Of a stretch of DNA of 64,000 bases, positions 19,843 to 28,105 are shown piece after piece. The notes beneath the pieces are model-generated. The model did no database searches, was not told the DNA's origin, and saw only the letters and a list, made by a program, of their open reading frames with translations. The position numbers and the translations under genes are program-made. Numbering within the stretch: the first letter of the stretch is position 1; each line of letters opens with the position of its first letter. This DNA is from Candidatus Methanoperedenaceae archaeon (GTDB lineage: Archaea > Halobacteriota > Methanosarcinia > Methanosarcinales > Methanoperedenaceae). The stretch covers positions 1 to 64,000 of the forward strand of contig CAVWCX010000036.1 of assembly GCA_963753595.1 (NCBI GenBank). The letters are read 5' to 3'.

Positions 19843-20581
19843 TTTTTCCCCTCCTCATCATTACAACCAGTAAACCGGTTAAGGCCAGGATAACACCAAA
19901 CCCAGGCGCCTTCGGGCTTGCCGCTGGCGAAGAAGATTCCTCCTGGTACTCTTCTGCCATGGCATCAACCATAATCACCCTTACTGTATCGGGTAATTTG
20001 ATCTCGTTTCTTTGCAAAGCGTCATCAAACCGGCTCTTATCCGCTTTAGCCAAATACAACTTAACACTGTTCTCATATACATCGATTCCTGACTGTACGC
20101 GTATACCTGAGGCATCGACTGACGATGATGAGTCTGCCTGATCCCTTTGGAGGTTAGCCAGGGACACATTTGCAGTGCGCACCTCAACAATGTTAGCTAA
20201 TTCCACATGCTGGTTCATATATGGTTTGATTGTCTCTTCGCCATTTCGGGTAAACTGCACAACAATCTTGAATTGCGGCTTGTGTTCAACCCAAAGTCCA
20301 GCAAAGGTTCCTGTTTCATTCATGCTCAGTTCCGCATCCAGTTTCCCTGCAATATCTTGAAGTTGGAATCGGTGGAGAGCTTCTTCAACACTAACTCCTG
20401 TATTTGATGCATATCCTTGAGCATCATACAACAGTGCATCCTTATCATCCAATGCAGGTTTTCCACCGCTATCCTGCCCTTGAGCATTCACAACTGAAAC
20501 TGCCCCTATAAGTGCCAAAACTGATACAACAATTGAAGAAATATATTTTAAATTTTTATATGTTTGTTTTATTTTTATCAT
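19832..20581 (-). CDS. PGF-CTERM surface protein resembling an alpha-lytic protease pro-region, no catalytic domain
   Basis: Signal peptide; 'YASNTGVSVEEALHRFQLQ...FAGLWVEH...VRTANVSLANL...GIDVYENSV'; C-terminal APGF + TM + RR. Confidence 0.7.
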   Translation of the reverse strand: MIKIKQTYKNLKYISSIVVSVLALIGAVSVVNAQGQDSGGKPALDDKDALLYDAQGYASNTGVSVEEALHRFQLQDIAGKLDAELSMNETGTFAGLWVEHKPQFKIVVQFTRNGEETIKPYMNQHVELANIVEVRTANVSLANLQRDQADSSSSVDASGIRVQSGIDVYENSVKLYLAKADKSRFDDALQRNEIKLPDTVRVIMVDAMAEEYQEESSSPAASPKAPGFGVILALTGLLVVMMRRGKNEN

Positions 20582-20603
20582 ATTTTTATTTCCTCTTACT
20601 TTT

Positions 20604-21266
20604 TTAATCTCCACCAAAGAGCTGAAGTCTATGTGGTTGCCAACTGGTTACACTAACTCTCCCAATAGGCTGGCAAGGAACTGCTTGTCCATTAAGCTCA
20701 CATTTAGAAATCGTGTCGTAGTTCACGATTCCTGTTACTTCGATATGCTGGCTGTCATCTGGCAATATTGTACCGGAACTGAATAGGAGCTGGTAAGTGT
20801 TCCCATCTTTTACAGCCAATTGATACTTCGGATTACACTGCACATTAAAAGGGCATGCTGGAATGTTGACTATTTGAAATGTCCCGTTCATTGTTACAGT
20901 GGGAGTATATTGTGGTAATTTATTTGAGTGGTATGGCTCGATAGAAGAGGTTGCTTCTGTTACCGTGAAACCGCTGGCTATTAAAATTACAATGAGAGCC
21001 AGGCAAGCAAGTAGAGCAATGCTAATAAGCCTGTCTTGATTAGAATCCGTCCTTTTAATGAGAAAATAATAAATAAACGCCCCGAAACCGATAATCCCCG
21101 AGAAAATTAGAACCATAACCCAGATTAGCCTGGCATGATTTCCGCCGAATTTGAAATTATCATCCTGCCTCTTCAGGCAATCTATCAGCATCCAGAGCCA
21201 GAAAAATATAACAAAAACAAACACAAGAACATATAGGATCAAAAATATCTCACTTGTGCCTATCAT
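20604..21266 (-). CDS. PLDc_N-domain membrane protein with Cys-containing extracellular domain
   Basis: 'FWLWMLIDCLKR...LIWVMVLIF..IIG....YYF' is a PLDc_N-like hairpin; C-terminal region has four Cys. Confidence 0.7.
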   Translation of the reverse strand: MIGTSEIFLILYVLVFVFVIFFWLWMLIDCLKRQDDNFKFGGNHARLIWVMVLIFSGIIGFGAFIYYFLIKRTDSNQDRLISIALLACLALIVILIASGFTVTEATSSIEPYHSNKLPQYTPTVTMNGTFQIVNIPACPFNVQCNPKYQLAVKDGNTYQLLFSSGTILPDDSQHIEVTGIVNYDTISKCELNGQAVPCQPIGRVSVTSWQPHRLQLFGGD

Positions 21267-21882
21267 TTTTAATCCCCCTTGCGCTTAATATTTGCCAGAT
21301 AGCCAGAATCCCTAGAAACCCGATAACCATCTCAAACCCCGGCGCCTCCTGGCCTGCCTGCGCCGCTGGAGTGGCAACATCCTGTTGTGGTATCGCATCC
21401 TCTACGCGGCGTAAGAAGTCCTTCAGTGATACTTTCTCGCCACTTCTATCAAGCACCTCCTCATTTTCAACAATATACTTGCCCTGCGCCCAACTTGCAA
21501 CGCTAAATTCATCTCCAGCTTTCTTCAGGAAAACCAACACATTCTCATTTTTTGTGAAAACCGGTGTGTCTTCCACCCATACGCTTAAATCGCCACCAGT
21601 TCCTCCTTCGGTGATTATTGTCAGTGTTCCAGGCCCTGTGCCCTTAATATACTTTTCAACGGAAACTGTAGAATATGTGTGTACCTCCGTCCTCCAAAAA
21701 TTCCACCTGCTCTCCACTTCTTTAATATCTCCTATAACGATTACATCGGCCTCTTTCGTCATATCTTCAACGCTCATTTTTAATATTAAAGCTGAAACTA
21801 CTGGTGCGACTGTAAGTAGTATGAAAAGTAAAAGCGCAAACGATACATGCATAAATTGGTTTTGATTTTTTAGCCTTATCAT
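21250..21882 (-). CDS. PGF-CTERM surface protein with TIMP/OB-fold-like domain
   Basis: 'SVEDMTKEADVIVIGDI....S.W...V.KYIKG...GG.G...P.F...E.VLVFL'; APGF + TM; GGAG upstream of ATG 21882. Confidence 0.7.
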   Translation of the reverse strand: MIRLKNQNQFMHVSFALLLFILLTVAPVVSALILKMSVEDMTKEADVIVIGDIKEVESRWNFWRTEVHTYSTVSVEKYIKGTGPGTLTIITEGGTGGDLSVWVEDTPVFTKNENVLVFLKKAGDEFSVASWAQGKYIVENEEVLDRSGEKVSLKDFLRRVEDAIPQQDVATPAAQAGQEAPGFEMVIGFLGILAIWQILSARGIKNDRHK

Positions 21883-21883
21883 T

Positions 21884-21970
21884 TCAATCTCCTCTTTTAC
21901 CGAAAATCTGTTTTGAAAACAGCATGAGAAAAGCAAGCAACAATGGGATTGGTTCGTAACTATTACTCAT
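21884..21970 (-). CDS. Putative 28 aa hydrophobic leader peptide
   Basis: MSNSYEPIPLLLAFLMLFSKQIFGKRGD*; GGGGTG upstream; stop 1 nt before the next ATG. Confidence 0.4.
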   Translation of the reverse strand: MSNSYEPIPLLLAFLMLFSKQIFGKRGD

Positions 21971-22062
21971 TTTTTTACACCCCGCATCTATGTAGTATTT
22001 TTAGGCCCCTTGTGTATTTATTTGGCATTGTATCCTTTAAACTCTATATTTCAAGACTTTAA

Positions 22063-22094
22063 TATATAATTTCTGTGACAATCATCTACACATC
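22063..22094 (-). promoter_or_regulatory. Shared 32 bp promoter motif, copy 2
   Basis: tatataatttctgtgacaatcatctacacatc. Confidence 0.75.
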
Positions 22095-22188
22095 TAACTC
22101 ATAAAAGGATTTTCTTAAACTACGAATGGGTTCGTAGTTATAGCAGTCTCTTTTAATATCCATGTCAACATTCAAATTTCTCCATCTT

Positions 22189-23178
22189 TTACTGAGGCAG
22201 TCTCCTCTTTTCGACCTTACCCCCATAAGGATGGTCACGTCCATATAGCGTAGGGGATGAAGGTATCTTCATTTCCGAACTTACTACCTGATCCACCCAC
22301 GTTGCGGTTACAACCACTTTGTATCTATCTCCTATCTTGCCTTTTACTACAATAGGTGACCGTGCATATTTCTCAGTGGAAGAATTATCCTTAGCAAGCT
22401 CAATGACTACGATAGGTGAATAGGTTTTGATCTGGGTTTCAATTGTCGCCCCCGTCACAGGGTCATAGGTGGAATTAAGGTACTGCCAAATCACAAGGGG
22501 TTGAGATGAATATAGGATTATTTCGTCTAAATTGTTTAAAGAGTATCCCCTTGTAACCGTTTCAACTGTTGTATTTGTTAATTCATTTATTACCGAGATA
22601 TTTACTGAAATACCAGATGCATAGCCCTTTCCCCTGAGTTGTAAATAACCATGAACAGAGTATATTTCATTGGTTCCATTTATGCTTTTATAGCTCTGGA
22701 TATCCAGTTCAATTTTTGGTTTGAGAACATTGAGTTCGATTGTTCTTGAATCTACAAGTTTTCCATGTTGATATACCTCAACTTCGACTTTTTGTGCGCC
22801 TGGTACCTGATATCCTATGCTAACAATTATGCTGTTAATGCCGGGTTTTAATAGGACTTCTTTCTGGGGTTGGTCTATCGCGTTGGAGGATATATAATTG
22901 GACATATTACTCAAATTTCCATATGCCAAAATTGTGAATCCTTTTAAACTTTCCCCTTTTTCATCTACAAACGCATTTTTCACGTTTATAGTTACATTTA
23001 AATCCTCTGAGGCATTGTTTTGAAGGTCGATTCTCAGATCGCTCAACTGTCCTATCGCGATTTCTTTGGGCGCATCTATGTTTAAAATGCTGATGTTTGA
23101 AGGTATAAAATACCAGAATAGTACGCCGGATAGCAATAGTATCGCTATTATCGCTCCTGTCATCATCTTATTTCTCAT
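22189..23178 (-). CDS. Membrane-anchored extracellular Ig-like protein (partner A)
   Basis: GAGGTGA RBS then MRNK + TM; full-length paralog of 24435-25304. Confidence 0.8.
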   Translation of the reverse strand: MRNKMMTGAIIAILLLSGVLFWYFIPSNISILNIDAPKEIAIGQLSDLRIDLQNNASEDLNVTINVKNAFVDEKGESLKGFTILAYGNLSNMSNYISSNAIDQPQKEVLLKPGINSIIVSIGYQVPGAQKVEVEVYQHGKLVDSRTIELNVLKPKIELDIQSYKSINGTNEIYSVHGYLQLRGKGYASGISVNISVINELTNTTVETVTRGYSLNNLDEIILYSSQPLVIWQYLNSTYDPVTGATIETQIKTYSPIVVIELAKDNSSTEKYARSPIVVKGKIGDRYKVVVTATWVDQVVSSEMKIPSSPTLYGRDHPYGGKVEKRRLPQ

Positions 23179-23758
23179 TATTCTCACCTCGCAGTTTGTC
23201 AGCCAGGGCAACCTTATTGGTCAGACCATATTGCTTTTTAACCACCAATCCCCTCTTTTCAAGATCAGTCAGCATCCTTGAAACTTTGGCTTTTGAAAAA
23301 TTCAGGGAAAGGACAAGTTCATTCTGAAGCATCTCACCGTCATGGTCTGCGATCTCCTTAACCAGCTTCTTCTCATCCCCTTCCAGTGCAGTTAAGACAG
23401 CATCGATCAATAGCGATTCGTCTTTGACATCTGCAAATGCAGCTATATCCGTATGGGAAACCTGGATTTCCACTGGTTTTTCTATCATTATCATGTCTTT
23501 AACCTCGCTTTTTCCTGCTGCAAACAATATTGTGAGAATATACGAGAGCATCATGCCGCCGACTGCCGAGCCAATGACCAGGACGTAAGCATCATTCTTG
23601 GTATAAGTGTAAGGAAGTTCGAGGATTTTGAAAGAACCATCGTTTATCTGGATGATCGATGGTTTTGTAGCAAGCAGCATGCTTGTTACGAGAACGCCTG
23701 CTACCATCAGCACAGCGCCTGCCAGTATCGTTGTTCCAGTTTTTTTTGAGATCATCAA
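23168..23758 (-). CDS. Membrane-bound winged-HTH regulator (copy A)
   Basis: Two TM segments then 'LEGDEKKLVKEI....GEMLQNELVLSLNFSKAKVSRMLTDLEKRGLVVKKQYGLTNKV'. Confidence 0.88.
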   Translation of the reverse strand: MMISKKTGTTILAGAVLMVAGVLVTSMLLATKPSIIQINDGSFKILELPYTYTKNDAYVLVIGSAVGGMMLSYILTILFAAGKSEVKDMIMIEKPVEIQVSHTDIAAFADVKDESLLIDAVLTALEGDEKKLVKEIADHDGEMLQNELVLSLNFSKAKVSRMLTDLEKRGLVVKKQYGLTNKVALADKLRGENNEK

Positions 23759-23821
23759 TCTTGCACCTTAACCCGGATTCTCAATTGTATCTTCTTTTAA
23801 ATTAATTGATTGTAGATAGAA
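23168..23821. repeat. 654 bp direct repeat (second copy 25294-25947) covering the regulator and its promoter
   Basis: Colinear at a constant offset of 2126 bp; central ~300 nt nearly identical. Confidence 0.9.
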
Positions 23822-23868
23822 TATATCCCATGTCATTATATCTTGCTCGCTCATGCAATCATTTCGTC

Positions 23869-24414
23869 TCACTTCTTTAATCTCCAGCATACAGCCAGTA
23901 CCCCTATTATCCCTAAGATCATCCCAAATCCGGGCGCATCAGGGCTTGTCCGCACGATTGGCGTGGGAACAGGCGTCTGGGTTTCCTTCGGATCAGATTC
24001 CACAGGCACTCCAATTATCTGAACATCATCCGCCGGTATTGACCAGTCAAACGCCAGCTTAGCAAGATTAACATCCGTGCCAACAAATATACTGGCTACT
24101 TTGATAGTAAAGAGGGATGTTTCACTGCCATCTGGATTTCTGCCCATATATGTATAGGTTTTACCATTTTCGATCTTGGAATCCCCGATATTTTTTTCCA
24201 GATATGAGAGTGAAATAAGGATGATACGTGGTTGTGCGGTTATTTCTACAGCTTTGACGGTGAGATTCCAGCCATCTTTTTCCCACGTATCACCCACCTT
24301 CAGCGTTTTCTCCTCCTGCGCTGCGCTTGCAGAGAAGGATATTGCAGGCAATACTAAAACTAAAAGCACAAACGATGCAGTTATAGATTTTTTAGAAGTT
24401 TTTATTTTTTTCAT
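23869..24414 (-). CDS. PGF-CTERM protein with single S-layer (DUF1608-like) subdomain
   Basis: 'EKTLKVGDTW...GWNLTVKAV...SLS...TYTY...FTIKVASIFVGT..N' resembles Methanosarcina S-layer repeats; PT linker; APGF + TM + KK. Confidence 0.7.
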   Translation of the reverse strand: MKKIKTSKKSITASFVLLVLVLPAISFSASAAQEEKTLKVGDTWEKDGWNLTVKAVEITAQPRIILISLSYLEKNIGDSKIENGKTYTYMGRNPDGSETSLFTIKVASIFVGTDVNLAKLAFDWSIPADDVQIIGVPVESDPKETQTPVPTPIVRTSPDAPGFGMILGIIGVLAVCWRLKK

Positions 24415-24434
24415 CCAATTCCTCCCTATATATC

Positions 24435-25304
24435 TTAAGGCGGTATCATCATCTCCGCCTTTGCTATTTGATCTTGCCACCGAGCAATGACTACAACTCT
24501 GAATTTATCCCCCACCTTACCTTTGGCAACGGTTGAAGCTGGCAAATATTTCTCATTAGAAGACGTGCCGCTTGAAAGTTCAATGACAGCGATTGGTCCT
24601 AATGTTGGCTGGGTTTTATCCCTTCCCTCCCACACAATCATAGGATAGGAAGATTCAAAACTCCGAAGAGAATATCTTTTTATGGTCGATGAAACAATTG
24701 TTTTTGTGGTTTCATCTATTATGGAGATATTTACTTCAACTCCCTGCGCAGTTCCCCTCCCGGTATTTGAAAGGTTGCCGAATACTTTGTATATATCATA
24801 ACCTGATCGTGATTCGTTGGTATATTGCACAGATACGCCGATGACTGGCGGGAGTACCGTAATCTCTGCAGATTTTGCATCCACAAGTTTTCCCCCCTGA
24901 TAAACTTCGACTTCTATTTTTTTTAGTCCTGGCACCTGGTATCCGAAAAATGCCTGCAATTCATTCCGCCCAGGATGCAATTTTACTTCGCCAATCGGTT
25001 CATTAATCGTAGGGGGTTCTCTGTTTGATTCGTAAACTAATACATACGATGGTATGCTGTTACCCTTTTCATCTTCCAGTGCATTTTTCACTTTTAATGT
25101 TATGTTGACATCATTCGAAGCATTGTTCTGCAGCGTAATATATAGAAATCCAGTGTTTAGAGTTCCGACCTCGGGGCGAGTTCCTGCTTCAGGTGGAAAC
25201 TCAAGGCTAACAATGCTCACAGTGGCTCCGCTGCTATACCAGATAAATATTGCAACGAAAATTAATGCTGTTAAAACTGTCCCAATCAATACTTTATTTC
25301 TCAT
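24435..25304 (-). CDS. Membrane-anchored extracellular Ig-like protein (partner B)
   Basis: MRNK + TM; LQNNAS, VKNA..DEKG, GYQVPG, KGK.GD motifs shared with partner A. Confidence 0.8.
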   Translation of the reverse strand: MRNKVLIGTVLTALIFVAIFIWYSSGATVSIVSLEFPPEAGTRPEVGTLNTGFLYITLQNNASNDVNITLKVKNALEDEKGNSIPSYVLVYESNREPPTINEPIGEVKLHPGRNELQAFFGYQVPGLKKIEVEVYQGGKLVDAKSAEITVLPPVIGVSVQYTNESRSGYDIYKVFGNLSNTGRGTAQGVEVNISIIDETTKTIVSSTIKRYSLRSFESSYPMIVWEGRDKTQPTLGPIAVIELSSGTSSNEKYLPASTVAKGKVGDKFRVVVIARWQDQIAKAEMMIPP

Positions 25305-25881
25305 TCTTCTCACCTCGCAGTTTGTCAGCCAGAGCAACTTTATTGGTCAATCCATACTGCTTTTTAACCACCAACCCTCTTTTTTCAAGGTCGTTCAGCA
25401 TTCTTGAGACCTTTGCTTTTGAGAAATTCAGGGAAAGCACAAGTTCATTCTGAAGCATCTCACCGCCGTGGTCTGCGATCTCCTTAACCAGTTTCTTCTC
25501 ATCCCCTTCCAATGCGGTTAAGACAGCATCGATCAATAGCGATTCGTCTTTGACATCTGCAAATGCAGCTATATCCGTATGGGAAACCTGGATTTCCACT
25601 GGTTTTTCTATCATTATCATGTCTTTAACCTCGCTTTTTCCTGCTGCAAACAATATTGTGAGAATATACGAGAGCATCATGCCGCCGGCTGCCGAGCCAA
25701 TGACCAGGACGTAAGCATCATTCTTGGTATAAGTGTAAGGAAGTTCGAGGATTTTGAAAGTCCCATCGTTTATCTGGATGATCGATGGTTTTGTAGCAAG
25801 CAGCATGCTTGTGACGATAACTCCTGCTACCATCAGCACAGCGCCTGCCAGTACCATTGTCCCTGTTTTCCTTGAAATCAT
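25294..25881 (-). CDS. Membrane-bound winged-HTH regulator (copy B)
   Basis: Near-identical protein to 23168-23758. Confidence 0.88.
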   Translation of the reverse strand: MISRKTGTMVLAGAVLMVAGVIVTSMLLATKPSIIQINDGTFKILELPYTYTKNDAYVLVIGSAAGGMMLSYILTILFAAGKSEVKDMIMIEKPVEIQVSHTDIAAFADVKDESLLIDAVLTALEGDEKKLVKEIADHGGEMLQNELVLSLNFSKAKVSRMLNDLEKRGLVVKKQYGLTNKVALADKLRGEKNEK

Positions 25882-26065
25882 CTATCTTGCACCTTTACCC
25901 TGACTCTCAATTGTACCTCCTTTTAAATAAATAGATTGTAGATAGAAATGCTATTGCAGGCGCGACTTCAAAGCCTGCCCTCATGCTTACGGCTCAGGAC
26001 GCGTTTTCGATGATATTCCTGTCAAAAGCCATCTCATAGCCATATCCAAGAAATAACAGCAAAGG

Positions 26066-27142
26066 TCACTTGACAGACCTTGCCATCTTTACCATTTCCT
26101 CCATGCTGAGCATGGTTCCGGTAACACCGCTCTCATTCGCAGAATAGGTCTCTTTGTAGGCTTGACTGCCGATTGTCAGATTAAGGTTACCTATTTCCCA
26201 ACTCAATTGCTTTACGCCATCGCCTGTCTCAAGGAATCGTCCCTGGACCCCATTTATATCCACGTATTTCCATGGAATTTTGGATGCAGAGATACTTGTA
26301 TCGGTATCGTCTTTTATTACAAGTAGTTCCTTTAAATTCAGATACTCATTTTTCATGAAAAACTCATCACCCTTTATATAAGAAATGCTTGCCTGCTCGA
26401 GTTCCGTCGAAACGCCTCTGAACTTTGTTCCTGAGGTCTGTGCGGTATTCATCCTGTATCCTTCAGGAACATACGATGGCTGGAGAACCTTAAAGGATAC
26501 TTTATCCTGTGCTTGTGCAATAGCTTCTCCGGGAGTCTTTTCCCGGACACTCTTCGCGATATGTATAATTTCTTCTTTGCCAAGAGAACTGCCGGTCTGG
26601 TTCTGACCATCGTTCTTCCAGCTCCTGACGCTCATGCTCAGGTTTCCGGTCTTCCAGCTCAGGAACTTTATGCCATTCTCCTCAGAATATCGGCCTTCAA
26701 TTCCATTTATATCCACGATTTCCCTGGTGTCTTCGGGTAAAGTGGATGGTTCCGCTTTTTGTTTGGTGTTTAAAACTATTGTCTCTTTAATTGTTAACTG
26801 CTCATCTCCATTTTTAAAGGAGAACGATGCCATATCGATATCTGTCGCAACACCCCTGAACTTTTTTCCTTCCACGCTCCCGAAATTATAGCCGGCTGGA
26901 ATATACATTGGCTCGATAATCCTGAATGAGACATTAGATTGAGCATACTGGATCGCTCCTTTTATATCAATCTGGGAAATCTCTGTCTCTGCCAGTGCAT
27001 CTGCTTCCTTCGTGAACGGCTCATTAATTTGCGCTGATGCATTGACCTTTGTCCTGGTATCACCAAAACCCAGTGCAACTGCTGCAAGAATTATCCCTGC
27101 TACCGTTATGATGGATATTCCGATCAGTATTGATTTCTTCAT
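26066..27142 (-). CDS. Membrane-anchored protein with two tandem DUF4367-like domains
   Basis: Repeat 'AQ..VSF....P.Y.P.GY...G.KFRGV...VDING..GR....G.K.LSW..GNL...L..EE....A.SV' occurs twice. Confidence 0.8.
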   Translation of the reverse strand: MKKSILIGISIITVAGIILAAVALGFGDTRTKVNASAQINEPFTKEADALAETEISQIDIKGAIQYAQSNVSFRIIEPMYIPAGYNFGSVEGKKFRGVATDIDMASFSFKNGDEQLTIKETIVLNTKQKAEPSTLPEDTREIVDINGIEGRYSEENGIKFLSWKTGNLSMSVRSWKNDGQNQTGSSLGKEEIIHIAKSVREKTPGEAIAQAQDKVSFKVLQPSYVPEGYRMNTAQTSGTKFRGVSTELEQASISYIKGDEFFMKNEYLNLKELLVIKDDTDTSISASKIPWKYVDINGVQGRFLETGDGVKQLSWEIGNLNLTIGSQAYKETYSANESGVTGTMLSMEEMVKMARSVK

Positions 27143-27285
27143 TTTATCACCTGTATATTTATAGCGCATTTGCGCCTGAGTTATCCTACGGGTGAAACGA
27201 CAGATACATTTTATGCATGACTACATTCGAGACGTTGCATATAATTGAAACCAGCGTTTCAGGATTATGATTATTGCATGAACTT

Positions 27286-27317
27286 TATATATTTTCTGTG
27301 ACAATACCCTACAAATC
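27286..27317 (-). promoter_or_regulatory. Shared 32 bp promoter motif, copy 3
   Basis: tatatattttctgtgacaataccctacaaatc; immediately upstream of the divergent regulator ATG (27323). Confidence 0.75.
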
Positions 27318-27322
27318 CTGAT

Positions 27323-28042
27323 ATGAAACAATTGACAGCTTTAACACTGCTTTTATTTCTGGCTTTTAACCATGTTGTCGTCGCCAGTACCGGAGGATAT
27401 ACTGTCGAGCCTCATGCACCACAGTATGGGCTGATAGACTCAACCGGCGCTGATGCAACCATCACCTTCTGGAACCTTCCCCTGTGGATTCAAATCGCCT
27501 GGCTTTCAGGATTAATATTCGCTTTTCTGGGTTCCTTCAAGATATTTCCTCTTGTTTCAGGGGGATTCAAGAGAATATTAAGGTCTAATGCACTTGAAAA
27601 CAAGAATCGTTTGAGTATGTATAACTTTATCAAAGAAAATCCCGGTATCTATTTCAGGGAGCTTATTTCAGAGTCAAAAATCAATAAAGGCACTGCTGAA
27701 TACCATTTGAAAATACTGGAAATGGCAGGGCTGATAACCAGCCTTCAAAATAAAGCATATAAACGATATTTTTTAAATGACTCAACCTTCTCCAGCAGGG
27801 AACAGGCAGTGTTATCTGCACTCAGAGAAAGCACGCCAAGGAAGATCTTAGTAATCCTTCTGGAAAATCCGGGATTATCACACGGGGAAATAGCCAATGC
27901 TGTAGGGATCAGCCGGCCTGCAGTAGCTTCGCATATGAAAACAATGGCAAAAAACGGAATTGTAATCTCTGAGTATGCAAGCATTACATTGAAACACTAT
28001 ATTTCCTCTGAATTTGTGCCTGTTGTCCGGAAATACATATAA
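27323..28042 (+). CDS. Membrane-anchored regulator with two winged-HTH domains
   Basis: Signal peptide, TM, then 'R..MYNFIKENPGIYFRELI...GTAEYHLKILE' and 'ENPGLSHGEIANAVGISRPAVASHM'. Confidence 0.88.
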   Translation: MKQLTALTLLLFLAFNHVVVASTGGYTVEPHAPQYGLIDSTGADATITFWNLPLWIQIAWLSGLIFAFLGSFKIFPLVSGGFKRILRSNALENKNRLSMYNFIKENPGIYFRELISESKINKGTAEYHLKILEMAGLITSLQNKAYKRYFLNDSTFSSREQAVLSALRESTPRKILVILLENPGLSHGEIANAVGISRPAVASHMKTMAKNGIVISEYASITLKHYISSEFVPVVRKYI

Positions 28043-28105
28043 CTCGCAGGCAAAATCTTATTCCCACATTAATATTATTACCTCCTCAATACAATAATAG
28101 TACGG

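Noticed and set aside
23168-25947. Duplicated regulator as a DGR TR/VR pair
   Set aside because: Differences are mostly silent and not adenine-specific, both copies are intact genes with promoters, and no RT is present.
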